Made by a program: the position numbers and the translations under genes
The notes under the pieces: model-generated
Databases searched by the model: none
The model's input: the letters and a program-made list of their open reading frames with translations, nothing else
What the model was told of the DNA's origin: nothing
Assembly (NCBI GenBank): GCA_976551045.1
Contig: CDPCPM010000169.1
Location: 3,534,001 to 3,598,000, forward strand
Source: Glaucostegus cemiculus
Taxonomy: Eukaryota
DNA: 64,000 nt
Direction of reading: 5' to 3'
In this document: positions 11,006 through 23,620 of the stretch, one piece after another
How positions within the stretch are numbered: the stretch's first letter is position 1
Layout of the letters: each line of letters opens with the position of its first letter

Positions 11006-14000
11006 CTAATTCTGATTAAGTTTTTATTAGATGCTGATGATTTTATATTTCCTAACTTCATTTAAATCTAATATGTGAGCTATTTAAAATATAATTTTTA
11101 TAAAATCTTGCATAAATCTTAAAATGTCAACCAATGGAAATGAGGGTGTAGAGTTTTATCCCATTCCTATAAATGATCAAAAACAAATAACCTGATAGCC
11201 AATATCAGTGTAGCACAAGGCGACAAGCACAAGCACAAGTGTTTAAAGGGGCACAAAGAACATTCTACAGAGTAAACATACATCCTCATTTGTGGTGGGA
11301 ATTTTACCGATTTGACAATGGAGTCAATGGAAACAAAGAAGATAAATCAGGAGAGTTGCAAAACAGACTGCAGATTCACCATCACCCACTTTCTATTCAA
11401 TGTAGCAAAACATCCTAAGGCACTTGGCAACGTCAAACTTACCTCAGTGCCTTTTCAACAACTGCATATGCAAGTTATTTTCCTATCAGTACTGATGTTT
11501 GATTTCTTCCATGGTTAAATGAGATAAATTCTCTGTAAGTTCCTCCGAACTGAACTGAAACACATTGTGGAATGACTTCAAGTGGAAACAGCAATATCAA
11601 TATGGTAATATATTCTCAATATTCACATTGCTGCAGGCAGTGGTGGAAATGTGGTTCTTTGTTGCTAGGTGATAAGAGGATTGAAAAATCAAGGGCTCAC
11701 TCCAATGACAGATTGGGCACATTTACTGATATATATTAACTCCTTAAGGCAGGCTAAGGAGGTTGAGTTTCCATAGTGACACAAGCAGAAGAGACACACC
11801 TTACCAAGCTTCCTTTGGAGTTCTATACATGCCTGATTTGCCTCAGTACTTAATTAACTGTGTAAATGGGATATAATTTTATAAGCATGATGATGTATGT
11901 CAGCAGTGGAAATCTTTTAAAATTTGCATTCTGTGGGCCACGGATAGACTTTGCCAATACATAACTGTGTCTTTCCTTAACTCTAATGTCACATTTAGCA
12001 CTGACCAATTAAAGCAACTTGATCACTGAACCAAGTGTGCCATCCTATACTTACATTGCAGTTCCAACTTCTATGAATAATTAGCAATGCACTAATGACA
12101 TTCAAGATGTTTATTTCTCTATTGGCATATATAAATCATAAAAGAAGTTTTCAGGAATTCAGCCAAGTCAAGATACAAAATGGGCAAAATAATCAAAGGC
12201 CTGGATTTTGTGTGGTAACAACAAAGAAACTATTAGTGTTCATTGTTATATCTGCATGGAACTGAAATTGACTTTGGGATTTCCCTGTAGGCATCACTTA
12301 AAGTACAATTTAATGAATTTGCTTCTCAGATTTAGGCATCCTCTAAAGCTGTATTGACATGAATTTACATGGTGGTCTTACTGTATGTATGCTGCACATT
12401 TTCTACTTTCTGCATTAGATCTAAGTTTTAAATGGAGCACTGTCATTTATATTGTTTAGCAAACTCTGCCCCCAAAAGTCTAATTTTAGGTTTGTGTTTT
12501 TTAAATTCCCACAGGGAATCTTTTTCCACAATATAATGGATTCTAAAATTAAACAAAAAGATATTTCAGCTTCTATCATGTGTATGTATTTCAATCTTTA
12601 TTTAGCTCTCTGTAAAATATTTAGAAATGCAACTAAAAATGTGCATTTTCTTTACCAGTCTTCCGTCTATGAGAATTCTTTACTGTGATTGGCTCCTCCA
12701 TGACTTGGATAACACAGCAGTTGCCTGATGCCAGGAATCACCCTGAACTTTCACCTGACTGCAGCCAACATTGGAAAAGGGCATGCATTGGAAAAGGGCA
12801 TGTCCACTCCTCAGTGATTGTTTGATCTTTAGGGAAAGCTTTCTTTATGGATCAGTGGTGAGTGTTGCTCCTTTGTTACCAGCTGCAAATTCAGGCTATT
12901 AACGTTTTTAGAACCACTGATATACCTTAATATGAACAGAGAAATGACTGTGGTTGCAAATAGTGACAAAAATTAAAATATGCAGATACTTCTGAGTTGG
13001 TTCATCTAGTCCTACATACAAAAAAACTTAAGGTTACTTGTTTTTACCAATCATGAAGTTTTGATAATAAGGTGGATTCTTATTTTGCTTTGTTAAATAC
13101 TTTGAACTATTTCATTACTCAGAGGCAGAGTTCTAAACTGATAACTTAATCAGGGAAACACCATAATTTATTAAATTAATTTTCAACACAATTTGGCTGG
13201 ACCACAGTCTGCCTTAGTTTCATTAGCAAACTCAAAATATCCAAGAATGGGCAAATAAACTACTTATTTATTGAAGTTAAGAGGGAAGAAATTACACTGG
13301 ATTTTTATTTGACTAATTTAAGAACAATGAGCTTATTTCTGAAAATTAGGAATTTGGTTAAGTTGACAGTCATAAGCATCCTAACAATGCTTCAAATGGC
13401 AATGGAATATTCACAAAAAGAACACTATTAGCAATAAATCGTTTGCTATAGCAATGCAATATACCGCAACAGCTGATCCAACATGGGATTTTTTTGTGGT
13501 TTCCACAATGACAGGCAATTCATATAAAGTACTTACTCGATCATGACCAGAACATCACAACTGCAACTACAAATGCTTTAAACAGGCGCCTAATGTTCTT
13601 GCCAGAAACAGAAGAGCTGTTCCAGCTGCACTTCACCATTCTATGTCAATTCAAACATTCCTCAAAGAACACCAAGAGCTCGGTAATTGACACTGATTCT
13701 GCTGATCTTGGATCTATTTCCATGTCAGTGGTTTGCCTAAATTTCCGTTTCTTTATGCAAAGCTTCAGGTGTAGAGTTAAATATGAGCTGCTGAATCTAG
13801 GTCATTACAACATGAATTAGCAATTAGAAATAGTTCGGGTTGAATATTAGCAACCATTCAGATTGGATTTTTCAGTAATCCTGGAGATATTTTAACATTC
13901 AAAATGGGTGAGTTGGTCTCTGGTTGATGTAAAAATCTGGATTCAGACCTGAAACAGCCTCCATCCTGTGTCCAGTTCCGTTTTTAATAGAGATAGTACA

Positions 14001-15959
14001 GAAACAGGAGGGGATATGGTTTCCACACCACTCATCAATTTTGTCTCACCCACTGAAATATTGTTAAGAGCCTCTGTTCTTATATTTAATTCCATTTTAA
14101 ATTTAACCCTGGTTGGATAATGTTTCAGGCTTTGGTAAACCCATCAATCAAAGGATTCCTGGATTGGGTGGTAAAGGATCCTGCCTTTTATCAGACAAAT
14201 CCAATTTGTTATTAGCACCTACCACTTGGTGATCAGACAGTTCTTTGACCTTTCCAGTCCTGACCTGATAAGAGGCAAGGCCCTTTCTCAATGACCCATC
14301 CGATTTTATCCACGGCTCTTCTGGGTCTTCCAGTTTCTTCTATGGGCACTTTATTTTCTCTCTTCCCCTCTGAAGGCCTCCGATTAACCCTCGCTCTTCC
14401 ACAGCCAGAATCTATGATCTCCAATCACTGATCCTTCTGAGACACTTGTACCCTTGTAACCTCTATCCCTCCTCTACTGTGCCCTGATGTCATCACCCAA
14501 GCTGTCAATTTGGCTGGCTTTGGAAGAGAAATAGCAACATCCTCTTATCATGTGGCAGTAGATGCAACATATGCATCGATGTCCAGGTTTTGTACCCAGG
14601 TTAAGGCATCTGATGTGGTCACGTGTCCTGGAATATATCAAAGGGGGTCTTTAACAATGTGTTCCATTGTTTTGTTTTTGTTGCTGTAGTTGCATCTGGA
14701 ACTTGATTTGAGTTTTCACCAGTGCATAAAATGGTCACATTTTCCTTATCAGTTCATATCCAGTTCAAGGTTCATATGTTGCATGGAAGGTCTGGTCCTG
14801 GTCCCCTGGGGTATTGATCAGGACGTTGTTGCTTTTCCTGCCCTTGTCATTGTTGAAAGAGGTGCATTGTTTGTGGTTTCCTTTATTTGTGCCATGTCTT
14901 GGCATGCCTTTTGCCCAGCATTGGAACTGTGAGACTGATTCATGGAGCCGGGATTAGTACAGCGAATGTAGCTTCCTTTCCAATGTGGCTAAGTGCTGCT
15001 CCACTTGTTTTCTGCCAATCTTGCCTCCTGACAGCTTTCACTCTTGCAACTTTCTCACAGCCAAATAGCAGCTTCTGCCAGTACCTTCATCTAACTGAGA
15101 ACCCCACCTCCTTGCCCCACCTCACAAAATAATCAGCACTACTTTGTGGCCGAAGAATATTTCAACAATTTCCAGAACAAACAAACTGGAAGTTACTCTT
15201 GACGGCACAGAATCACAAGGGATCATAACAGAAGGACTGCCGTATCACAACTGGTGTGTTAAGATGAGAAAGAATAAATGGAATTCACTGACTTGTCTTT
15301 ACTAATTTGAGTGAACTGAGTTGTGTGACTTCTTTTCACATGTGCTAAATTTTTATTAATCATCACAAGAATTAAATACACAGATGCCTGTGATTATAAG
15401 TGAAGAGACTGCTTTTGTTTAAATGCAGTTAATATCTGGAAGATGTCATTTACTCTGTATATATGTGTGTGCATCTTTGCAAAGTTGAACAGAGTTCATA
15501 TTTAATATTAAGAAAATATTTCTCTGTCATAAGTATCAAAGCAAGACTAACCCGTGGTGTTCCCTAATATAAATAAAAACATATCAGTTGCAGTGTCTAC
15601 TACTAACATGGAAACTGTGAGTGCATAATTCATTATTAAGATTTTGGCAGAGGAGATGGATGGAAGTAGAAGCAGAATTACTCAAATATCTTCAGTTTGT
15701 CATAAATTACCCACTTCCAACATTTTTCTCAAATTCAACAGGCTAGCCTTCGATGCCTCAAAAGACCTGTAGTGTTTTCCACATTAGATAGAGAAGCATT
15801 CATTTCCTTTTTTTCTCCCCATATTTAGATTTTTCAGGTCCAAAATCCTGAGGAACTGTAATATAGTCCTTGTGACTGGCTTAATTTGTTTTATCATTTA
15901 AATAATTTTGAAACCAGCAAATTTATTCAGTAGAGTACACATTAATAAATCATTATATG

Positions 15960-16292
15960 CAGAGCTGTCATCTTTCAACTTGAGATACTAAACTAAGGCT
16001 CCATCTAACCTCTGAAGATGAACTGCAAAGGTTCCATAGCTCTATTCAAAATAAAGAAGGGGATTTCTCCTGGAGCCCTGGCCAATATTTATTTCTTAAG
16101 GGTCATTGAAACAGATTATCTGTTCATCCAACTAACTATGTTCTAAGGAACTGTAACTGTATACAAATTGGGTTATCCACATTTTTATAATGTAACAGTG
16201 ATCATCCTTCAGAACTACTTGGCTTTGTATGGGGTGCTTAGAAATGTCCTGATATCATGATAGTTGCTGTATAAACATAAGTCCTTTCTTTC
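15960..16292 (+). mobile_element. Ancient DeuSINE-like (SacSINE1/AmnSINE-related) copy
   Basis: Resembles the recalled Deu-domain and L2-type tail: tgagatactaaactaagg...ttctcctggagccctggccaatatttat...acagattatctg...acagtga...gctgtataaacataagtc. Confidence 0.65.
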
Positions 16293-17156
16293 TCCATTTG
16301 ATACAGAGAGAACTAGACTCTCTACTCCGGGGAAAAAAGTATAATTGAACATTTTGCAGTTAGGAAATTCCAACTTTAAGCTGCATCGCAAGTGACAAAT
16401 AAGAGGCACACATGACAGATTACCATATAGTTAAGGCACCAATGATACAGGTAACTAATCAGAATCAGAGCACACAGTTGGGCAGAAACAGATGGCAACC
16501 TTCATTCCAAGTAGAAAATTCTCTGAGATTCTGAAAGATTGGTAGGGCCTTGGCACAAAAGGAAGAAAACATTGGTAAACAGCTTGGGCATATTCACGAT
16601 GTCCTGACAACAGGATGAAAACTATGAACACTGCAGCCACCAGCTTGGGGTCTCGGTAAATGACTCCTTCCAGTTGAATGTGTGTGAGCATGCTGTTGAC
16701 TAAGTTGTTTCCCAGAATGAAAAAAAAATTTTTGAAAAAAACTGTTCCTCTGAATTATCCAGCAGAAATATTCATTAATATTCTTTTGACAGTCCTTTAT
16801 TAAATATTAAGCTCATTTAATTAAAAATGAATGTACCCTCAGAGAAGATTAAAAAAAAACTTTAAATCTGTTCTTGTACTTTGCTGGGTTCCAGATCTGA
16901 ACACAGACTGCTTGTGCAGCAACTTAAGATAGATGATGAGGTACTTACAATAAACTTTCGGCACTGATTCCTCTGAAAGAGATTGTGGAAGGAATAATAT
17001 CAAAATGGAATAATCCCTATCAATTTTAGTAAGAAAATGAAATTTCCTTACTGGAAACTAATTTTCATATCTTTCAGGAATGAAACACCAATTACAATAC
17101 TGGTTACTTCAGGGATAAGCATAATGCTTCCGTCACTTTTTTTTTATGATACATAC

Positions 17157-17507
17157 CATCATCTGCATCAGTTGCTTTAACGGTTAGGATCCTTGCTCCA
17201 GAAGGAAGATTTTCCATTACTGAGGTACTGTAAGAGGAAGGGTTGAAAATAGGTGGATTATCATTCACATCCAGCACATTGAAGTAAACTCTTACTGTGC
17301 TGAACTGTCCACCACCATCCTCCGCCCGGACAGTCAGAATATAATATGGTTGCTTCTCATAATCCAGCGTTTGAGTCAGATTAAAAACTCCAGTCACAGA
17401 ATTGAGGAAAAATATTCCGTCTTCATCATCCTCTTCTACCATGTATGTGATTTCCCCATTAGCACCAGAATCTGCATCACTCGCCAGTATGGCTGCCACA
17501 ATAGAAC
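17157..17507 (-). CDS. FAT4: FAT4 coding exon (351 nt, phase 1-1): (G)SIVAAILASDADSGANGEITYMVEEDDEDGIFFLNSVTGVFNLTQTLDYEKQPYYILTVRAEDGGGQFSTVRVYFNVLDVNDNPPIFNPSSYSTSVMENLPSGARILTVKATDADD(G)
   Basis: Acceptor AAATTTTAG|GT and donor GATG|GTATGT. DAD-G-NG, LDYE, AEDGG and DVNDNPP motifs. Its first two bases complete the split Gly codon from the previous exon. Confidence 0.95.
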
Positions 17508-18099
17508 CTAAAATTTAAATAAAGAAAGGAAAAAAAGTCTTAATAATTCTGCAGGAAAATTCTTAAAAATCTGTCCATTCTGATTCTTTACTGACAAAGT
17601 GAAACTTTTTTTTCTATTTGTAACTACTTCCTCTTTCCTTTTTGCAAAGGAAAGGAACTACTTTTCTTTAATGAGCAATTTTATTTCAATAGCATCAGGA
17701 ACATCTTGTTTCTATTATTACTCTTGTAGTTGCTGTGCTTCAAACAATTTTCATCTATACAGCTTATTAAGTATTAAAAACAAAATACCCAAATCTACAA
17801 GATTATGGTGTACCCTAATTAAAATAAGCAGTTTACTCAATTTCTACATTGCATTTGTCAATCATTTGTCTTAAAGCATTCAACATAATAAAAGTGATAG
17901 CAAGTGGCTATTAAGTACCTTCTGTTTTTTCCAGAAGGTCTACTTAATAAAAGTCTGAAAATTTCAAATGAATGGTGATCAGCTGCAAATGTCAAATGTT
18001 AATATAAGATAATTAACTAATTGGGAGGCTGTTTATTACTATGATAGAAATGAATAGTTTTATGGTAGAAGTGGTAAGTGTGTAAAATTTTGCCCAGTG

Positions 18100-19378
18100 A
18101 TTCAATGTTTAGTAGATAAAAAGAGCAGAAGGGTCACAAGCAAAAGATAAATAATATGGGTTAAGATATGGCAAAACAGAGTATGTTTGGACTACAAAAT
18201 ATGAGTGATTTTGGACAGCAACATTGTCTTAGCTGCAATAGATGTTTCTACCTTGAATCTCCCTGTCCTAGAGTCAAAAAGCTAGGTTCTGAATCAGGGA
18301 CCTTTAATACATGAGTAGAGGGAGGAGTATCTTGTCAGTTCAGATACATCTCATGGAGAGGTGCAGGATCAGAATGTGCTTTGTGCAGAGTAGGGGAAAT
18401 CCAAGTGAGGTAGAGAATGATAGTCTTCAGAAACTGATTCTTTCCAACAGGAGTAAATTATTTACCATCTATGAGCCTAAGGATAAAGAATATCAATAGG
18501 ACAGCCAGACTTGGCATCTTAGAAAAAGAGGGCTATCCAGAGGCAAAGGAGAAACAGAAAGATAAGATCTTTATTAGTCACACGTACGTCGAAACATACG
18601 GTGAAATACATTTTTTGCATAGTGATTTTGGGGGGCAGCCTGCAAGTGTCGCCATGCTTCCAGCACCAACATAGCATGCCCATAACTTCCTAACCCGTAC
18701 GTCTTTGGAAAGTGGGAGGAAACCAGAGCACCCGGAGGAAACCCACACAGACACAGGGAGAATGTACAAACTGCTTACAGTGGACAAATTTGAACCTGGG
18801 TCACTGGCACTGTAAAGCATTGTGCTAACCACTATTCCATTGGGAATTCCATAATTAAGAGGACTAAGTGAATTATCAGAAAGTAGAATCAAGTGTCCCA
18901 GATGGCTTGCTATCTACTTTATGGAGAAAAAGAAGTGCTATACAAAGTTACTGGCAAGAGTCCAGGAACCAGTTAAATTTCAAGGTGATATTACACAAAT
19001 TATGGCTGGGTTCTTGGAATTCTAGGAGGTTAGGGGATGAAGTTCAAAATATGTTAAAAGTAACTCATAGGGCAGATAGAGAAAGACTATTTCCACTATA
19101 TGCAGACAAGGGCAGGTATTCCAAAAATAAAAGCAAAGGGTGATTTTCAGAAACATGCCTGTATGCAGAGGCTGCTAAGAATTTGCAGCTCCCTTTTGTC
19201 AATAGCAACTGATGTCAGGTTGGTTATTAGCTCGGGAGTTGATAAGAGTTTTGTTTAACCAAGGGTGTTAAGTAATATTGGACAAGTACTGGTAATTGAA
19301 GTTTCATCACAGACTGGCCACACTGAAAGGTATAACAGGCTTGAGGAGTGATATGGTTTCACTTCTTCCCATGTTCTT
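18100..19378 (+). mobile_element. Highly decayed CR1 LINE 3' region, interrupted by a SINE
   Basis: RRLGDEVQNMLKVTHRADRERLFPL matches the CR1 ORF2 C-terminus; the CR1-like 3' end is aggcttgaggagtgatatggtttcacttcttcc. Confidence 0.55.
18561..18840 (-). mobile_element. V-SINE (HE1-like) with Rex-like tail, near full length
   Basis: tRNA-like head (GTGGTTAGCAC...GGTTCAAAT), V-domain, and the same tail as the 7301-7530 copy. Confidence 0.85.
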
Positions 19379-20923
19379 GGACATTTTACTTATCACAGTC
19401 CTGAGCAGACTATCGGAAAGTCTAGTCTTTCTGTGTTCTTCACTTCAGCCATTTAATTCTACTACCTTTATAAATTACTCCATAGAGCAACATATCTCCT
19501 TTTAAAATAAATAGGAAGTTTGGAGTAAATAAACAACATTATGTTGTCTCTCTTCTGCCTATTCTGAGAAGGTAGTAAAAGAAATCTTGAATAATCTTGG
19601 TTGTCTCAACCACCTGATGACAGGCAGAAGAGGATTGGGAATAAACCTGATGCTATTCAGCTACAGAAACACCTACTTCTCATTCAGTGGCATTCAAGAA
19701 ACAATCCCCAATGATATCAGTCAGTGATTGCACCAGTTAAACAATGTCCATGCCATTTTGGGAAATACATAAACAGCTGAATGTTTTTTATGATTCAGCT
19801 GTTAATAGTTAAATGTTAATAGTTGAAGGGAGCTGCCTGATCTGTTTAGCAAGTATAATTCCAGCAGTGCTTGTGGTTTCCTTCTGCCATGCATCTCCTA
19901 ATTACTCCACTGTCTTTTCAGGTGTCCCCTTCCCTCTCTATCTCCCCTGTAATCTCTTCCACTGTTTTCACCCCTGCCATTTCATTCCTCTGCACTCTCC
20001 CCCTGTGATCTCTTCATCCTAAATACTCCCTGTTATCTCTGTCCTTTCTAAGACCTTTACCCTACTGTGTTCTTCTTTGCCATCGAGACCTCTTTAGTTT
20101 CCTCTCCACTGATGCAATCTGCTTTTTCCTGTACATCTGCAGTGCTCTCACAATCTTCTCTGGCTGCCAGGGACCATCCCCAGCTTTAGTTTTGGCTGCT
20201 TATTGCATGGTTTTCCTTTGGCAACTGGGCAGTCTTTAATTTGGGGGCCCTTGTTTGCGATTACCTGGCAGGGTTATAGAATGAGAGTGAGAGAACCTCC
20301 AGGGAACTTTGAGCCCTGTGACCTCCTATGATGAGTGTAAATCAAAAATTTTTTGCTTATTATTTATGGCAAGCAGGATTTTAAAGCAATCCAATGTACT
20401 TATTTATCAATGGTACACACAAAGAGGATATTCTAGATAAGCCTCAGAATTTGTTTACTATTCATTTGTTCACAAGCTCAGCTAACAGTACAACTCATGC
20501 TGCAGACTGAGAAGACAGCACATATCAGCTCAGTAGAGCTTATAACATATGGAAATCCTCATCTTTGACCTCTTATACTGCAGACAAGCAAGTAACAATT
20601 AAATATTAACCCTGCGTCATGATCTGAGTTGACTGGTGTGTTCAACATGGCACTATACATTTTCTGGTCCAGGATGTACATGATACCATAAAACAAAAGA
20701 TATTTTGTGATGCTCTCCTAACTAATGAATACATTTTTTCCATTTATGTAACTATAGGTTAACATAGCCTCACAACAGAGTAGAATCTTAGGATTTCTTC
20801 TTACTAGTAATCAGCAAAAGGGATTATAGGTATTGCTTCTACAACTGGCCTAATAGGCTCATTGGCAATGAGTTTACTATTATTTTATTAAGAATTAGGG
20901 CTTGCTTTAATTTTTAATCTTAC

Positions 20924-21185
20924 CAGGTGGAGTATCTTCTGGGATGTCAAATGAATACACATTCCTGGAAAACTTGGGTGCATGGTCATTTATGTCACTG
21001 ACAGCAATGTTGATTCGCATATCTGAGGACTGCAGCCCATCATCAGCTCGGACCAATAAGGAATATTTGGAACGGCGCTCTCGGTCTAAACGCTTAGTTG
21101 CTAGAAGGTCTCCGGACTCTGGATCAACGCGGAAACTGTTGTCTGCTCCACTAATGATGGCGTATGTCACAAGAGCATTTGGACC
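20924..21185 (-). CDS. FAT4: FAT4 coding exon (262 nt, phase 0-1): GPNALVTYAIISGADNSFRVDPESGDLLATKRLDRERRSKYSLLVRADDGLQSSDMRINIAVSDINDHAPKFSRNVYSFDIPEDTPP(G)
   Basis: Acceptor TTTTGTTTTCTTAG|GGT and donor CCTG|GTAAGA. LDRE, ADDG and DINDH cadherin motifs. In frame with both neighbouring exons. Confidence 0.95.
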
Positions 21186-21949
21186 CTAAGAAAACAAAAA
21201 TGACAAATATTAAAAATCAGTAACAATACATTTTGCAATCTTAATATATTTTAATTTTCTTGTTATAGTTCAAATTTCTTAGTTGTGCTAAAAACAAAAA
21301 TTGTTTTTCAAATTGTATACAGAATGTTTGTATATTTACTCCTTATATTGACTGTTAATTCCTCTTTTAAAGAAGAAATAATCCTGCTTTTATCAGAGAA
21401 TGCTGTTGTTATATTCACAAATTTGTGTTCTCTCTAGCCCTTTTGGATTATTTTTAAACAATCTCTGTAATGCATACTGCAACAATTGCATAAATGGACT
21501 TTACTGAAAATGGACTGTTGGCTGTGTATGATAAATTCTGTCTTGCCTCAAACTCACCTCAGATGCAGTGGTGTCAATAGAAATTGGCAACTTTATGGAA
21601 ATAAAAAAAAAACTGTAAGTGGGCACTGTAGACATTTCAATGATGCATTGTTTATGCTTGCATCATCAGTAAATGTAATTCTCCTACATCTACGAAGAAC
21701 TACCAGAAGCACAAGCAGCTCTATGTGTTAGAGTTGACATCAAAGTGATTAGAGGTTGGGGCTGGGGAAAGATTGTGATGAATAATTCATGATTTGTTTC
21801 CAATATTATTCTCCTTTTTATTATATTAAATGCCCCAGCAGTTTTAGATGAATTTCAGAAACAAGCACTTTGAAGTGGCAGGAATGTCCATACAGGACTT
21901 TGTTACCACTGTTCCAGTGCAATCCTGGTTTGGCTCTCTACTGTTCTCT

Positions 21950-22250
21950 AAATCTGCCACTCATGTTCTAACTTGCACCTATTCACTTCTCACCTTTAAC
22001 CTTTCTGATCTGTGCAGGTTCCTGGTTGAGCAATGCCTTATTTTTAAAATTCCCATCCTTAATTTCAGACACCTTCATGATCACACCAATTCATACCTCT
22101 GTAATCTCCTCCAGCCTCACAACACTTGGAGATCCCTGTGCCTTTTCAATTCTGGCTCTTTGACATCCAAAATTTAATCATTCTAATATTCCACAGCCTG
22201 AACTTCAACTTCAGCTGCCTAAACCCTAACCTCTGGAATTCCCTCCCAAA
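21950..22250 (+). mobile_element. L2 LINE 3' coding fragment
   Basis: IFKIPILNFRHLHDHTNSYLCNLLQPHNTWRSLCLFNSG followed by LWNSLP, matching the L2 ORF2 C-terminus. Confidence 0.7.
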
Positions 22251-22449
22251 ATTTACAAGCAGCTGGACGTCTGTAAACTTTCCTCATTAATAGTATTTGA
22301 TCTGCATTTAATCACAGGACATACTTCCTTTAGTTGCCCACAGGGAGAACATGAAGAATGGTTTTAGAGGCAGTCTACGTTAACTATTGAATATCACTAG
22401 GACATTGTATGGTCTGAATTTACAGGAAAATGGAGTATGAAGACTTTTT

Positions 22450-23620
22450 CACTTACTCATTTTCCAGACTGGGTGTATCCCCGGTTATGACCAGCCAGCA
22501 TTTATTGCCCATCCCTAATTACCCAACAGAAGATTGTGGTGAGTCACCTTCCTAAACTACTTCAGCTTTTCTGGTGATGTTACCCCATTGTGCTGTTAGG
22601 TACAGAATTCCAGGATTTAGACCCAGAGGTGATGAAGGAATGGTGATATATTTCTGAGTCGTGATGGTGCCCTTGTCTTTCCTGGTGGTAGAATCTGCAG
22701 GTTAGAGAGTTGCTGTCAAAGTCAACTAGGTGAGTGACAGTGAGCAATTTTGTAAATGGTACTCATTGCAGCCACTGTACACTACTGATGGAGGAACTGA
22801 ATGCTAACTGGGATATTTAAGGTCTTATTACAGATGATGTCATGCATTTACTCCTCACTTGTGCCTTGCAGATGTGTAAAGGTTTTGAGTATCAAAATGT
22901 GAGTCACTAACTGCAGAATACCCAGCCTCTGACATAGCTATGTAGCTGGTCCAGTTGGGTAACCTCAACATGTTGATGGTGGGACTTGTTATGGTAATGC
23001 CATTAAATGTCAAAGGTAGCTAGTCAGACTCTCCTTTGTTGGAGATAGTCATTGCCTGCACCTTTGTAGTGCAAATATTAATTGCCAGTCATCAGCCCAC
23101 GCTTAAGTAGTTGTCCACATCTTACTGCATGTAGACATGGATCAGTTCATTTGTGGAATGGGATTGAACAATCATTAGCAAATATCTTTATTCCTGACAT
23201 GATAGAAGATCATTGGTGAAGCAGGTGAAAATGATTCAGCATAGAATGCTACCCTGAGGAATTCCTTAAGTGTTGCCCTGGGGGTTGAGTGAATTGACCT
23301 CCAACAATCACAACGACCCAAGCTGTTGGAGTTTTTTCCCAATGATGCCCACTAATTTTGGTTTTATGAGGATTCCTTCTTGCTACACACCACCAAGTTC
23401 TGGCTAAGGGCAGCTACTCTCACCACACCTCCAAAGCTCAGCTCTTTGATCTATGTTTAGACCATGATGAAGTCTGGATAAGGCTATTATCTCTGAGCAA
23501 GGTGTCATTAACAATGCTGAATTAGATTTGTACTGTTTTTGTGTACAGGACATACAAGGGCAATTTTCTACATGGTAAGATAAAGGACAGTACTGAAACA
23601 GCTGGCCAATACATAATGCA
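22450..23620 (-). mobile_element. Decayed CR1/L2-group LINE (RT to 3' tail)
   Basis: Minus-strand GIPQGSIL...IFTCFTNDL; tail GGTAATTAGGGATGGGCAATAAATGCTGGC. Appears to be the same family as 58990-59840. Confidence 0.7.

Noticed and set aside
12769-12802. 17-bp tandem duplication (CATTGGAAAAGGGCATG x2)
   Set aside because: Ordinary micro-duplication with no further context.
14200-15300. Possible minus-strand LTR/gag remnant (Cys/His-rich traces)
   Set aside because: I could not recover a convincing motif by eye; a profile search is needed.
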